Notes: generated by a model from the letters alone, not told the origin. Counted from the first letter of the stretch, positions 20,374-30,870 are shown. The stretch is 64,000 bases of DNA from an uncultured delta proteobacterium (GCA_963825595.1 CAWGUE010000026.1:26651-90650), one strand, 5' to 3'. Numbers and translations are program-made.

Positions 20374-22275
20374 TTGGTCGATAGATCCTTAAAGATCAGG
20401 TCACATACGATACCCGTTCGGATTCTCCTGCCGGTGGTGCTGACCGTCGCCCTGTTCGTGGGAACCATTTTTCTGTTCATCCTGCCGATCCTGGAAAATC
20501 GAATGATGACCGACCGGCGCGAGATGGTCCGCGAACTGACCGAAACCGCCTGGAGCGTCCTCGAATCGTTCAGGGAAAAGGAAATCGGGGGGCGATTGTC
20601 GGGGAAGCAAGCCCGCCTTCAAGCCGTCGAGGCTTTGCGGGCGCTGCGGTACGGGCCTGAAAAAAAGGACTATTTCTGGATCAACGATATGCATCCGCAT
20701 TTGGTCATGCATCCGTATCGCCCCGATTTGGAAGGCAAGGACATCTCAGGCTTTACCGACCCCAGCGGCAAAAAGCTCTTTGTCGAATTCGTCAAGGCGG
20801 TCGAGACCGCGGGGGCCGGTTATGTCGATTATCAATGGCAGTGGAAGGACGACCCGCTGCGAATCGTCCCCAAGATATCCTATGTCAAAGGCTTCGATCC
20901 CTGGGGCTGGATCGTCGGCACCGGCATATATGTCGAAGATGTCCGCACCGAAATCGCCGCCATTACCCGCCGGCTGACAGTTGTCTGCCTGGCGATTCTG
21001 CTGTTGATCGTCGGCCTTTCCGGCTACACCGTCTGGCAAAGCGCCGCTGGCGAGCGTCGACGGCGCCTGGCCGTCACGGCTTTGCGTAAGAGCGAGGAAA
21101 AATACAGGCTGCTGGCCGAAACCGCCCGGGAATTCATCCTCGCATTCGATCCGGTCGGCCGAATTTCTTATGCCAATCGCGCCTGGCTCGCGGCCAGCGG
21201 ATTCGATTCGGCAGCGATTCGTGATATGAAGATGGCGGATATTCTGCCGGTCGAGGAACGGGCCGCATTCGAAGAACGCCTGGAAAAACTAAAGTCCGAA
21301 GGCACGAGCGAGCCCCTGTTTGCGACGCATTTCCTGCTTGATAGCGGGTCCCATATTCCGGTCGAGGCAACCCTGGCGGCATTGCAGGAGGGCTCAGAAA
21401 TCGATCGCATTTTCATCACGGCCCGCGATGTCACCGAGAAAAAAAAGGCTGAACATCAGGCCCGAAGGCACCGGGAACAGCTATTTCAGGCCGACAAGAT
21501 GGCAACCCTGGGAACATTGGTCTCCGGTGTCGCCCACGAAATCAACAATCCGGTCACCTTCGTCATGCTCAATGCGCCGGTTCTCAAGCAGGCCTGGCAG
21601 GCCGTGCTTCCCATACTGGATGAACACCTGCAAAACCATGGCGATTTCAAAGTCGGCCGTATGGACTACTCCCGCTTGCGCGAAAGGCTACCGCTGCTGG
21701 TGGACAACATCATCGAGGGCGCCGAACGGGTCAAGGCCATTGTCGGTGACCTCAAGGATTTCGCCCGTCAGGGTCCGGGTCAGATGACCGATGCCGTCGA
21801 CATCAACCGCATTGCCGCCAAGGCTGTCAGTCTCGTCGGAAACATCATCAAAAAGAGCACCCATCATTTCGAAACCCATTACGCCGCGGATATCCCGACG
21901 GTGGCCGGCAACCCTCGAAAAATCGAACAGGTGGTCATCAATCTGCTTGTGAACGCCTGCCAGGCCTTACCCGATCCCAGTCGGACCATCCGGCTGTCCA
22001 CCGCCTACGATCTCGACACCCGCAGCGTTACGATTGAGGTTCGCGATCAGGGCATCGGGATGCCAGCCGAAGTGCTCCAGCGTATCCGTGACCCGTTTTT
22101 CACCACCAAACGTGAGTCCGGCGGCACCGGACTCGGACTGGCCATCGTTGATCGAATTGTCGACGACCACAAGGGGCAGCTGACATTCAGTTCCGTTGTG
22201 GACCATGGAACGACGGTCAGGATCAGCCTGCCGCTTACCCCTTCATCCGCAAACGAGCGGGAGACGACATCATGA
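20374..22275 (+). CDS. Cache/PAS sensor histidine kinase
   Basis: YFWIND...MHP Cache domain between TM helices; PAS; AHEINNP H-box; N, G1, F and G2 boxes; start codon uncertain. Confidence 0.93.
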   Translation: MVDRSLKIRSHTIPVRILLPVVLTVALFVGTIFLFILPILENRMMTDRREMVRELTETAWSVLESFREKEIGGRLSGKQARLQAVEALRALRYGPEKKDYFWINDMHPHLVMHPYRPDLEGKDISGFTDPSGKKLFVEFVKAVETAGAGYVDYQWQWKDDPLRIVPKISYVKGFDPWGWIVGTGIYVEDVRTEIAAITRRLTVVCLAILLLIVGLSGYTVWQSAAGERRRRLAVTALRKSEEKYRLLAETAREFILAFDPVGRISYANRAWLAASGFDSAAIRDMKMADILPVEERAAFEERLEKLKSEGTSEPLFATHFLLDSGSHIPVEATLAALQEGSEIDRIFITARDVTEKKKAEHQARRHREQLFQADKMATLGTLVSGVAHEINNPVTFVMLNAPVLKQAWQAVLPILDEHLQNHGDFKVGRMDYSRLRERLPLLVDNIIEGAERVKAIVGDLKDFARQGPGQMTDAVDINRIAAKAVSLVGNIIKKSTHHFETHYAADIPTVAGNPRKIEQVVINLLVNACQALPDPSRTIRLSTAYDLDTRSVTIEVRDQGIGMPAEVLQRIRDPFFTTKRESGGTGLGLAIVDRIVDDHKGQLTFSSVVDHGTTVRISLPLTPSSANERETTS

Positions 22276-23703
22276 GCTCTGCGCGACCTTCCCAACCGAT
22301 CCTCATCGTGGATGATGAGGCCGCCATAATACTGGCCATCGACACCGCTCTTCAGATGGCCGGATTCAACAACACCCTGACCTGCCAGGACAGCCGTCGG
22401 GTCATGGATCTATTGGCCGAACACCCGGTCGAGGTTCTCCTGCTCGACCTCACGATGCCCCATATCCAGGGCGGACAATTGTTGGATCAGGTCAGCCGGG
22501 AATTTCCTGAAGTTCCGGTGATTATCGTCACCGGGGCGGTGGACATTGAAACGGCGGTGGTGTGCATGAAATCGGGCGCTTTCGACTATGTCGTCAAACC
22601 CGTGGAAGTCGACCGGCTGGTATCGGCGGTCAACCGGGCGGTATCGTTCCGGGAACTCAAGCGTGAAAACTTCGCTTTGAAGCAGCACATTCTCAATGAC
22701 ACGCTGGAAAGCCCGGAGGCGTTCACCAGCATCATCACAAACAATAAAAAAATGCTGTCCATTTTCCAGTATATCGAATCGATCGCGCGGACGGCGCAGC
22801 CGGTGCTGATACGGGGTGAAACCGGTGTGGGCAAGGAACTCATCGCCCGAACCCTGCATACCCTCAGCGGGTTGCCGGGTGCGTTCGTAGCAATCAATGT
22901 CGCCGGGCTCGATGACAATGTATTTTCCGACACCCTGTTCGGCCATATCCGGGGCGCATTTACCGGTGCAGAGCGTGATCGCCGGGGGTTGATCGAACAG
23001 GCTGCCGGTGGCACCCTGTTTCTGGATGAAATCGGTGACCTGAGCCCGGCATCGCAAGTAAAACTGCTCCGCCTGCTGCAGGAAAGCGAGTACTTTCCCC
23101 TTGGGCAGGATGTGGCCAAGCTATCGGATGCACGCATCGTGGCCTCCTCCAATGTCGATCTCTGGGAGCGCCAGAAAGCCGGACTGTTCCGTAAAGATTT
23201 GAATTACCGGCTGCGGACCCACCGGATCTACATCCCGCCGCTGCGGGACCGGAAGGACGATCTCCCGCTGTTGGTCGACCATTTTCTGGAAAAAACCGCC
23301 GCCGAGCTGAATAAAAAGAAGCCGGCCGTGCCCGAGGAACTCTTTGCACTGCTTCGGGCACACTCCTTTCCGGGAAATGTCCGCGAACTGCAAACTCTTC
23401 TTTTCGACGCCGTCAGCCAGCACAAGGGAGGCATACTCTCTTTGAGCGTATTCAAGGCTCACATCAAGCTGCACCGGTCAAGGGAAAATCCCGCCCCTGA
23501 AGCCCTAAACGACGCTCCTCAGGAGCGATCTGGAGCGGATCGTTTTCCCTGAAAACCTGCCGACCATCAAGCAGGCTGCGCGCCAGCTGGTGTCCGAGGC
23601 GCTCAAGCGCGCCGGGGGTAACCAGTCCATTGCCGCCGGAATGTTGGGAATTACGCAGCAGGCTTTGAGCAAGCGGATCAAAAAAATGAAAGCGGATACG
23701 TAG
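22272..23703 (+). CDS. Sigma54-dependent response regulator (NtrC family); Fis-type HTH in the +1 frame after about 23520-23550
   Basis: Receiver, GETGVGKE, GAFTGA, LDEIG, FPGNVREL; +1 frame FPENLPTIKQ...GGNQSIAAGMLGITQQAL to TAG 23703. Confidence 0.9.
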
Positions 23704-23979
23704 ATTCAAAAGCTCGGATCGCAACGAAGTTCACGGCGCAGACCAGCGAAAAGGCGTCGCCAACATTCGAGTCTGTGTGCCGAGGCACGCAGAAAGGGCC
23801 CTCTGGCCCAGCCAGAGGCGGTCCGCAACGAAGAGATTCGGTATTACCCTAAAGGATCGTAAACAAAACGTGATAAGTTTTTATATACCTGATTTATAAT
23901 GCAATATGTAAATAGACATGCCATTTATTATCTCTTCCCATGGTGAGATGTAAATGTCCATTTTTAATCCCGTTTTGTT

Positions 23980-24123
23980 TACCCTGCGGGAAAGTCGACG
24001 ATGCCCCATCTCTTTCGTTATCAAGGGTTCGCAGTATACGAATACGGCTTCACCCTTGATGCCTTGAATCCGGGACATCCTCGCCGGAGGCGGACAAGCC
24101 TCGACTTTCGCTCAGTTAGGGTA
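23980..24123. repeat. Palindromic MITE/REP-like element
   Basis: Nested inverted repeats TACCCT/AGGGTA, GAAAGTCGA/TCGACTTTC and ATCAAGGGT/ACCCTTGAT. Confidence 0.6.
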
Positions 24124-24300
24124 TTAGATGGGGGAGAAAACCACTTCTCGTCATCCATGCACGGCGGCCGGTATCTCTTCACGCATTCAAGCGACCCAAC
24201 CTCTCTACAGTCATCACGTGCTTCCCCCCGCTAACGATGTTACAACCGCAAACAACCTCGAGCTCGAACCGATCGGCCGGATCGAGACATGGGGACACCC

Positions 24301-24399
24301 ACAATTCAGGTTGTTTCCACAACTTTTATTGTCGCCTTGCCAAACGGCCCTCATGGCCGTATTCAAGCCCTCATCGTCCTCGGTCACAACTTAAGTTGT
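24301..24399. promoter_or_regulatory. Three ACAA-N6-TTGT palindromes, putative enhancer sites
   Basis: ACAATTCAGGTTGT 24301, ACAACTTTTATTGT 24319, ACAACTTAAGTTGT 24386; 80-180 bp upstream of a sigma54 promoter. Confidence 0.7.
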
Positions 24400-24477
24400 C
24401 ATCAACGCCATCCGCCGTCTTGCGCAAATATACGTATTTAACGAATAATTACAGTTACATAAAATAAATCCGCACTA

Positions 24478-24494
24478 TTGGCATCCCTTTTGCT
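24478..24494 (+). promoter_or_regulatory. Sigma54 -24/-12 promoter of the MFS gene
   Basis: TTGGCATCCCTTTTGCT, exact GG-N10-GC. Confidence 0.85.
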
Positions 24495-24620
24495 CTTATC
24501 TCCATACGAAACAATATTTGGTTCTTAGATATCACTCAGACAATAAATAGAATTCATTGAATATTGTTTATTTTTTATATTTCATTTTAGTTTCAATCAC
24601 TTTCAGGAAAGGGGTTGCGC

Positions 24621-26033
24621 ATGGAAAAGATCATCAACCGCGGCAAGCAGGTCGTCATGGCTGGATTGGGCATCAATCTCGCCCTGGGAATCCTTTATAC
24701 ATGGAGCATATTCAAACTGGAAATCAAAGAATCGATTCTCGCCGGTGACGGCCGCTTCAACTGGGACATGGCCTCCCTTAACGATCCGTTCGCGGTGTGC
24801 TGTCTGATGTTCACTCTCGGTATGCTGGCTGCCGGCCGACTGCAGGACAAGGTGAATCCGCGCTTGACGGCCATTTTTGGCGGCTTGCTCACCGGTGCCG
24901 GATTATTGGCCTCCTCTCAGAGTACCATCCTGGCCAACTGGATCCTCGGCTTCGGTGTCCTGATGGGCCTGGGCCTCGGTTTCGGATACGCATCGGCGAC
25001 ACCCCCGGCAATCAAATGGTTTCCGGCATCCAAAACCGGGATGATCGCTGGTATCGTGGTGGCCGGTTTCGGTCTGGCATCGGTCTATATCGCGCCCCTG
25101 GCCAATTTCCTGATGGCTCAGTACGGTATCAGCCAAGCCATGTTGATCTTCGGTGTGGCCTTTTTGATCGTTGTCTGCGGGCTCGCCATGCTGCTTGTCA
25201 ATCCACCTGAAGGTTACAAGCCGGAGGAAAAAGATCAGGAAAAGGTAACGACTTTGAGGCCGGCGGCTAAAATCGAAGAATTTCCTCCGAGCGAAGTGAT
25301 CAAGACCAGCACCTTCTACAAGCTCTGGTTCATGTTCTTTGTCGCTTCCGGTGCCGGATTGATCATTATCGGCAGCGTCGCCGGCATGGCCAAGCAGAGC
25401 CTGGGTGGACTGGCCTGGATAGTGGTGGCGCTGCTCGCCATCGGCAACGCCAGCGGTCGTGTCGTGGCCGGAATCCTGTCCGATAAAATCGGCCGTACCC
25501 GCACCCTTTTTACCATGCTGACATTTCAGGGTCTGATCATCACCTCACTGATTTTTATTGGTGAAAGCCAGGCCTTTCTGCTGGTTCTGGCGGCAACACT
25601 GATCGGGTTCAATTATGGCACCAACTTGTCCCTGTTTCCCTCGGCCACCAAAGATTGTTTCGGTCTGAAAAATTTCGGCACCAACTACGGACTCGTGTTT
25701 ACAGCCTGGGGAATCGGTGGCTTTCTTTTCCCTCGGATTTCTCAGATGATCGTCGCCAAGACCGGATCCTCCGAAGCCGCCTATATCATGGCAGCCTTCC
25801 TGCTGTTTGTCAGCGCCGGCATGACATTTTTTACCAAGGCCCCGAAAAGCCTGCGCGCCAAAGCTAAAATTATCACCGCCCTGGAACCCGGCAAACTTTA
25901 CCATGGATATTTTATTTACCAACCCGGTTTTGTTTCCGAAACATCCGAAGTCGTGAGCGAAGCCGAAACCGCCGCTCCAAAACCGGTCATTAAGCGGCTG
26001 CCGAATTTCTTTCTCAACCGTAAAACTGGATAA
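24621..26033 (+). CDS. MFS transporter, oxalate:formate antiporter (OFA) family
   Basis: LGILYTWS, GRLQDK, KWFP..TG..AG...AGFG and FGLKNFG.NYG; 12 TM. Confidence 0.9.
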   Translation: MEKIINRGKQVVMAGLGINLALGILYTWSIFKLEIKESILAGDGRFNWDMASLNDPFAVCCLMFTLGMLAAGRLQDKVNPRLTAIFGGLLTGAGLLASSQSTILANWILGFGVLMGLGLGFGYASATPPAIKWFPASKTGMIAGIVVAGFGLASVYIAPLANFLMAQYGISQAMLIFGVAFLIVVCGLAMLLVNPPEGYKPEEKDQEKVTTLRPAAKIEEFPPSEVIKTSTFYKLWFMFFVASGAGLIIIGSVAGMAKQSLGGLAWIVVALLAIGNASGRVVAGILSDKIGRTRTLFTMLTFQGLIITSLIFIGESQAFLLVLAATLIGFNYGTNLSLFPSATKDCFGLKNFGTNYGLVFTAWGIGGFLFPRISQMIVAKTGSSEAAYIMAAFLLFVSAGMTFFTKAPKSLRAKAKIITALEPGKLYHGYFIYQPGFVSETSEVVSEAETAAPKPVIKRLPNFFLNRKTG

Positions 26034-26055
26034 AAAAGAGTCCGATCAATACGAC

Positions 26056-26094
26056 GCCGGGCAATCTCGAAAGCTGAATCGGAGATTGCCCGGC
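26056..26094. terminator. Hairpin between convergent genes
   Basis: GCCGGGCAATCTC...GAGATTGCCCGGC 13-bp stem. Confidence 0.7.
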
Positions 26095-26123
26095 ATGCTT
26101 CGAGAGCTGAATTCCCTCCCCGG

Positions 26124-26477
26124 CTATTTAGCAGCGCGTTTCAGCCAGAAATCGAAAGATCGCCCGGGGACGAATATGTCCATCCCCACCGACGGCTCAC
26201 CCAGGGCGTTCGTGACGATATGCGGCTGATCACCGGGTATGTAAACCGCATCACCTTCATCGAGAACCACTTCTCCGTCCTCATCAGTAACAATTTTCAG
26301 TTGGCCCTTCAATACAACCAGAACTTGGGCGTTCAGGTGACCATGGCGGGGTGAGGCATGGTGGGGCGGCTTGACGAAATGCTCGATTGAAATATCGTTC
26401 TCGTTACACAGACTCACCCGCTTCCAATCGGGTTCGGGTTCATAATTTTCCGCATTCTTGAAACGAATAACTTTCAT
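26124..26477 (-). CDS. Cupin domain protein
   Basis: HGH..AQ...VLKG and GD.VYIPG..PH motifs. Confidence 0.88.
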   Translation of the reverse strand: MKVIRFKNAENYEPEPDWKRVSLCNENDISIEHFVKPPHHASPRHGHLNAQVLVVLKGQLKIVTDEDGEVVLDEGDAVYIPGDQPHIVTNALGEPSVGMDIFVPGRSFDFWLKRAAK

Positions 26478-26642
26478 CGTTGGAACTCCTTCCCTTTGTT
26501 ATTTATAGCGGTTGTCAAAAAAACGTCCCGTTAATCGAACGTTTTTTTCTACAATCACTTATACCGCAATTCCTTTTTCGGCACATAATTATGAAAAGCG
26601 GCACAACGTATGCATTGAAAAATATACATGAAATACGAGGGG

Positions 26643-27584
26643 TTAGTTGTCGGGAAACCGCAGCCCGTATATCTCGCGAACCTCATCGCGGTTGAAGGCA
26701 AAAAGAGTGCTGCAGTTATGGCAGTGCAATTCGAGCGGAAAGGGTCCGTTTTCGAAGATGTCACTCAGGTCATCGAACGGCAGCATCATCAGCAGGTTGC
26801 GCACTTTCTCCTTGCTGCAGTGACACATGAACTCTACCCGGCGTTCGGCAAGAACCCGGGGGGTGTGCATTCGAAATTCTTCCTCAATCAGCGGCATGGG
26901 CCGATTGCCGGACGCATAGGCCTTGCCGAGAGAAGGGAATCCAGCAACCTTGTCTTCAAGTTCGGCAACAACCTCTTCCTGCGCTCCGGGCATGGTTTGA
27001 ATGAAGAGGCCGCCGGCGCCCACAACCCGGCCGTCATGATCGAAGCGGATGCTCAGATTGAAGGCCGTTGGAATCTGCTCGGATGTCAGACAATAGTACG
27101 CCAGGTCCTTGGCGATGTTGCCGTAGCGAAGCGCCACCCTGCCGGTGAAGGGATGTTTGGCCTTTTCGAGGTGTCGGGTCACGGATAAAAACCCGGCACC
27201 GAAAAAGGGCGCCAGATCGAAACTTCCCAACGGTTTTTCGATGGGAATCGGCACGCTTTTCAGGTAGCCGCGCACCTCCCCGAACGCATTGGCGTCAACT
27301 GTCAGACCCTTGATCGGCCCGTTGCAGTCAATCTGCAGACTGATCCGATCATCGCCTTTCAGGCCGGCCGTCATCAAAACCGCCCCCAGATACGCCCGGC
27401 CGAGGACAAGGGTTTCGAGAATGCCAAGCTCATGGTTGGCACGCATTTCATTGACCATGCGCGTGCCGTTGACCACGACCCCGCGCACCGTATCGTCGGC
27501 CAAAGTAAAATTGACCAACCGGTCGTTGGCCCCAGCAAGGAGTTGCGCCTTCAGATCGTTGCCGTAGATGTTTTTTTTGATCAT
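26643..27584 (-). CDS. hslO: Hsp33 redox-regulated chaperone
   Basis: SEQIPTA, AGG.FIQ.MPGA and the CHCS...CHNC zinc centre. Confidence 0.93.
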   Translation of the reverse strand: MIKKNIYGNDLKAQLLAGANDRLVNFTLADDTVRGVVVNGTRMVNEMRANHELGILETLVLGRAYLGAVLMTAGLKGDDRISLQIDCNGPIKGLTVDANAFGEVRGYLKSVPIPIEKPLGSFDLAPFFGAGFLSVTRHLEKAKHPFTGRVALRYGNIAKDLAYYCLTSEQIPTAFNLSIRFDHDGRVVGAGGLFIQTMPGAQEEVVAELEDKVAGFPSLGKAYASGNRPMPLIEEEFRMHTPRVLAERRVEFMCHCSKEKVRNLLMMLPFDDLSDIFENGPFPLELHCHNCSTLFAFNRDEVREIYGLRFPDN

Positions 27585-27587
27585 CGT

Positions 27588-28037
27588 TTATTTTCCGAGT
27601 TCGTCGATGCGGTCCTTCTGCCGGCTGATTCGGGTCTGCCACACAGCATCCTGTCCAAAGCGAATCCCGGCCAGGCGGTTGAATTCACGCGCATGTCGGG
27701 CGTTTTTCTTCATCAGCCAGGCTTCGGCCAGGTAATAATAATTCTGACCATTGCTCGAGTCGAGCGCCACCGATCGTTCCAGAATGCGGATGGCCGCATC
27801 CGGTTCTCCCTGGGTCAAATGCTGGCGGCCTTGCCGGACCATTGCGGCCGATGCGCGAACGTGAGCGTTGTCGGGTTCTTGAACCGAGGGGGCCGGCGCA
27901 GGAACAGGCGCCGACGGCGGTTTTGTCACACTGACCCTGGGTTTTTCCATACAACCTAAAAGCACCCCGACGACCAGAAGGCCGCAGAACACCGCAAGAT
28001 ATTTATTTCTGTGGTTTGATAAGTCCTCTGAGTCCAT
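27588..28037 (-). CDS. TPR lipoprotein, LpoP-like
   Basis: LLGC lipobox, Pro-rich linker, AIRILERSVALD..N...YYYLA TPR; overlaps the mrcB stop. Confidence 0.75.
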   Translation of the reverse strand: MDSEDLSNHRNKYLAVFCGLLVVGVLLGCMEKPRVSVTKPPSAPVPAPAPSVQEPDNAHVRASAAMVRQGRQHLTQGEPDAAIRILERSVALDSSNGQNYYYLAEAWLMKKNARHAREFNRLAGIRFGQDAVWQTRISRQKDRIDELGK

Positions 28038-30303
28038 CGATAATCACCTTTAATGGCCCCTGCGCCGGGTGGATCGGGCAGGGCCGGTCGGGTTGGTTTT
28101 CTTTCAGAAAAATCTCCTCCACCGGTTGGGGGCAGCTGCGGCCCTCGGCCAGCAGGCCGGTTTCACTGCAAACCCTTAACCGTATAACGCCTTCCGGCAT
28201 TTTGAAATCCGTTCCGGAAAGGTAGTCGGGGATGGATGTCATCAGGTCCGCCCATATCGGCAGGGCAGCCTTCGAGCCGGACGCATTGATCGGCTCTCCG
28301 TTGTCGAATCCGACCCAAACCAGTCCCAGGATATCCGGGGTAAACCCGACGAACCAGGCATCCCGAAAATTGTTTGTGGTGCCGGTTTTACCGGCAACCG
28401 CTCCCGGAAGCTTCCAGGCCCCGAGCGCCTGGGCGGTACCGGCGGTCACCACACTTCTGAGCATGTCTGTCAAGATATACGCTTTGGCCGGGGTGATCAA
28501 GTTCTCAAAATTGAGGTGGAGCTGATTGAGTATCTGGCCGTGATCATCGGTGACATCCCTGAGAGACAACGGATAGGGCAGTACACCGTCACCTGCGAAA
28601 ACACAATAAGCGCGGGCCAGCTCGATCGGAACCACCTCAAATGCCCCCAGCGCCAGTGAGGGATAGGGTTTGATCGGGGTTGTGAACTGAAATCGCGCCA
28701 CCTGGTCCACGATCGCCTCCAGCCCCACCCGCATGGCCATATCCACAGTGGCCCGGTTGTTGGAAGTCGCCAGCGCTGTCCGCATGCTCACGTCCGTTTC
28801 GGTGTCTTCAGAAAAATTTTCGGGCGTCCAGGCTTTAGCGTCAACCTGGTAGGTCTGGGAAACGCTCGAAAGACGGGACCCCGGCGTCAATGTGTCCAGC
28901 GCAGCCAGATAGACAAACGGTTTGAAGGCACTCCCGGGCTGCCGACGGCTCTGAGTGACGCGGTTGTATTGGCTCGTGGTGTAATCTCTGCCACCCACCA
29001 TGGCCAGAACAAAACCGGTTTTAGGCTGGATGACAACCACCGCCCCCTGCAGTTGATGGGCCGGATCCGGTCGATTCAGAGATGGCATTGATTTCTCCAG
29101 CCTGGTCAAGCCTCGGTTGAGGGCCTGTTCGGCGGCGTGTTGAACTCGGGTGTCGAGCGTCGTGTAAATCGAGAGCCCCAAGCGGGTAAGGTCATCCGGC
29201 GAATAGAGTGTTTCGAGCTGTTGGGAGAGGTAATCCAAAAAGTATGGCGCCTTCTTGACGGAGACGCTCTCGCCGAAAGTCTGCACGGGTCGCGACCGGG
29301 CCGTATCAAGGGCTTCAGCGCTGATCCAGTTTTTCGTGAACATCGCCTTTAACACGTCATCCCGTCTCTGGCGGCAGCGATCTTTATGATCGTATGGTGA
29401 ATAGCGCCCCGGGGCACGGATCACGCCGGCAATCGTCGCCGCCTCGGCCAGCGATATTTCCTCGATGCTCTTTCCGAAATAAAAAATGGTCGCCTCTCCA
29501 ACACCGTTGATCGCCACCGATCCGCTCTGGCCGAGGTAGATGTCGTTGAGATAGATTTCAAGGATCTCGTCTTTCGCGTACATCCATTCGATGATCACCG
29601 ACATGATCAGTTCATTGAGCTTTCTGCCGATCGTTCTTTCCGGAGTCAAAAAAAAATTTTTGGCCAGTTGCTGGGTGATTGTTGACCCGCCTTGCCTGAT
29701 CTCACCGTATCGCAAGTTGACATACAGGGCTCTGAGAATGCCGATAGGATCGAATCCGTGGTGATCGTAGAACCGGCTGTCTTCGGCAGCCAGAACCGCG
29801 TGAATGAATTCGCTGGGCACCTGACGGATGGAAACCAACTGCCGGCGTTCCCTATGCGGCCCGTAGAACTGTCCGATTTCCTCCGGCTCGAGTTCCAGGA
29901 TCGGCAGCGGTTCCCGGTTGTCGACCCGCTCGATGGATTTAATCACTTTTCGGTCATATCGTATCCGGACGAGGAACCCTGGTCGACTCAGGTTCAGAAT
30001 TGAAAAGTCGTTCAAATATATCTCCGTCGATGCGGTCGAAAACAGCACCTCACCTTTCTTCTGAGGTCGACCGCTGACAATCCGGTAACGCAGACGGGAC
30101 AATTTCTCCCGCAGGTGATCCGGCCCGAACCGTTGACCCGGATACAGCAGCGTCGAGTCTGAATAGACCGTGGAAGGAATACGCCAGAGACGGGCGGAAA
30201 ATCGGCTTTCAATGCGGGTCGACAGAAACCAGCCGTAAATGCTCACGGCGCAGACGGCGACGGCCAGTAAAATTAAAACCCATTTGAACAATTTTTTCAT
30301 CAT
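28003..30303 (-). CDS. mrcB: Class A penicillin-binding protein (PBP1B-like)
   Basis: N-terminal TM, UB2H-like region, EDSRFYDHHG, GGSTITQQLAKN, SAFK, SNN and KTG motifs. Confidence 0.9.
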   Translation of the reverse strand: MMKKLFKWVLILLAVAVCAVSIYGWFLSTRIESRFSARLWRIPSTVYSDSTLLYPGQRFGPDHLREKLSRLRYRIVSGRPQKKGEVLFSTASTEIYLNDFSILNLSRPGFLVRIRYDRKVIKSIERVDNREPLPILELEPEEIGQFYGPHRERRQLVSIRQVPSEFIHAVLAAEDSRFYDHHGFDPIGILRALYVNLRYGEIRQGGSTITQQLAKNFFLTPERTIGRKLNELIMSVIIEWMYAKDEILEIYLNDIYLGQSGSVAINGVGEATIFYFGKSIEEISLAEAATIAGVIRAPGRYSPYDHKDRCRQRRDDVLKAMFTKNWISAEALDTARSRPVQTFGESVSVKKAPYFLDYLSQQLETLYSPDDLTRLGLSIYTTLDTRVQHAAEQALNRGLTRLEKSMPSLNRPDPAHQLQGAVVVIQPKTGFVLAMVGGRDYTTSQYNRVTQSRRQPGSAFKPFVYLAALDTLTPGSRLSSVSQTYQVDAKAWTPENFSEDTETDVSMRTALATSNNRATVDMAMRVGLEAIVDQVARFQFTTPIKPYPSLALGAFEVVPIELARAYCVFAGDGVLPYPLSLRDVTDDHGQILNQLHLNFENLITPAKAYILTDMLRSVVTAGTAQALGAWKLPGAVAGKTGTTNNFRDAWFVGFTPDILGLVWVGFDNGEPINASGSKAALPIWADLMTSIPDYLSGTDFKMPEGVIRLRVCSETGLLAEGRSCPQPVEEIFLKENQPDRPCPIHPAQGPLKVIIDGLRGLIKPQK

Positions 30304-30596
30304 GCACCACGCAAAACAGATGGTTGATCGATCTTGGATGGGCGATTATACAGACAGAATCGACGCGATGGAAGGGTTAATCGTGCGGTCGGCGAATGAT
30401 AGCAGGGAGACTGTCGCTAAAGGCGTTCCAGTCGGGCAATCGGTATGTTAAACGGACAACGTAATGGATCAGAAAGGGCGTCACAACGGTTAGGCACCAA
30501 GTGGGGCGTGGCGGTCGCTTGAACGCACCCGGCATCTGCGGACAAGACGGTGCTTCTGGCGAGAGGAAATGCAAACAGGGGTGGCATTGACGGATA

Positions 30597-30737
30597 CTAG
30601 TGTTCCGGATCCTCGCGATCGAACTTTGGCTCGGTGTCATCGCAACCGTCATCGAAATCACTCCAGGGGATTGATTTCTTGACCTCCTTTTCGATCAAAT
30701 CTTCCCAATTGTATCCGGGTCTGTATTCTTCGTGCAT
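30597..30737 (-). CDS. Small acidic hypothetical protein (46 aa)
   Basis: ATG preceded by AAAGAAAGG; MHEEYRPGYNWEDLIEKEV... Confidence 0.4.
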   Translation of the reverse strand: MHEEYRPGYNWEDLIEKEVKKSIPWSDFDDGCDDTEPKFDREDPEH

Positions 30738-30870
30738 GACTGCGAACCTTTCTTTGTTTGCGATTCGGGAGCCCGAGTAACGCTTCGAAGGCACTATGCC
30801 AAACGAATCACGCCTCGATATCTTCTCTTCTTTTCAACTCCGCTGAAAACTATTCTTCAATACGCGGACC

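Noticed and set aside
23550..23552. Selenocysteine readthrough at this TGA
   Set aside because: The conserved continuation is in the +1 frame and the position is not a Cys-equivalent site
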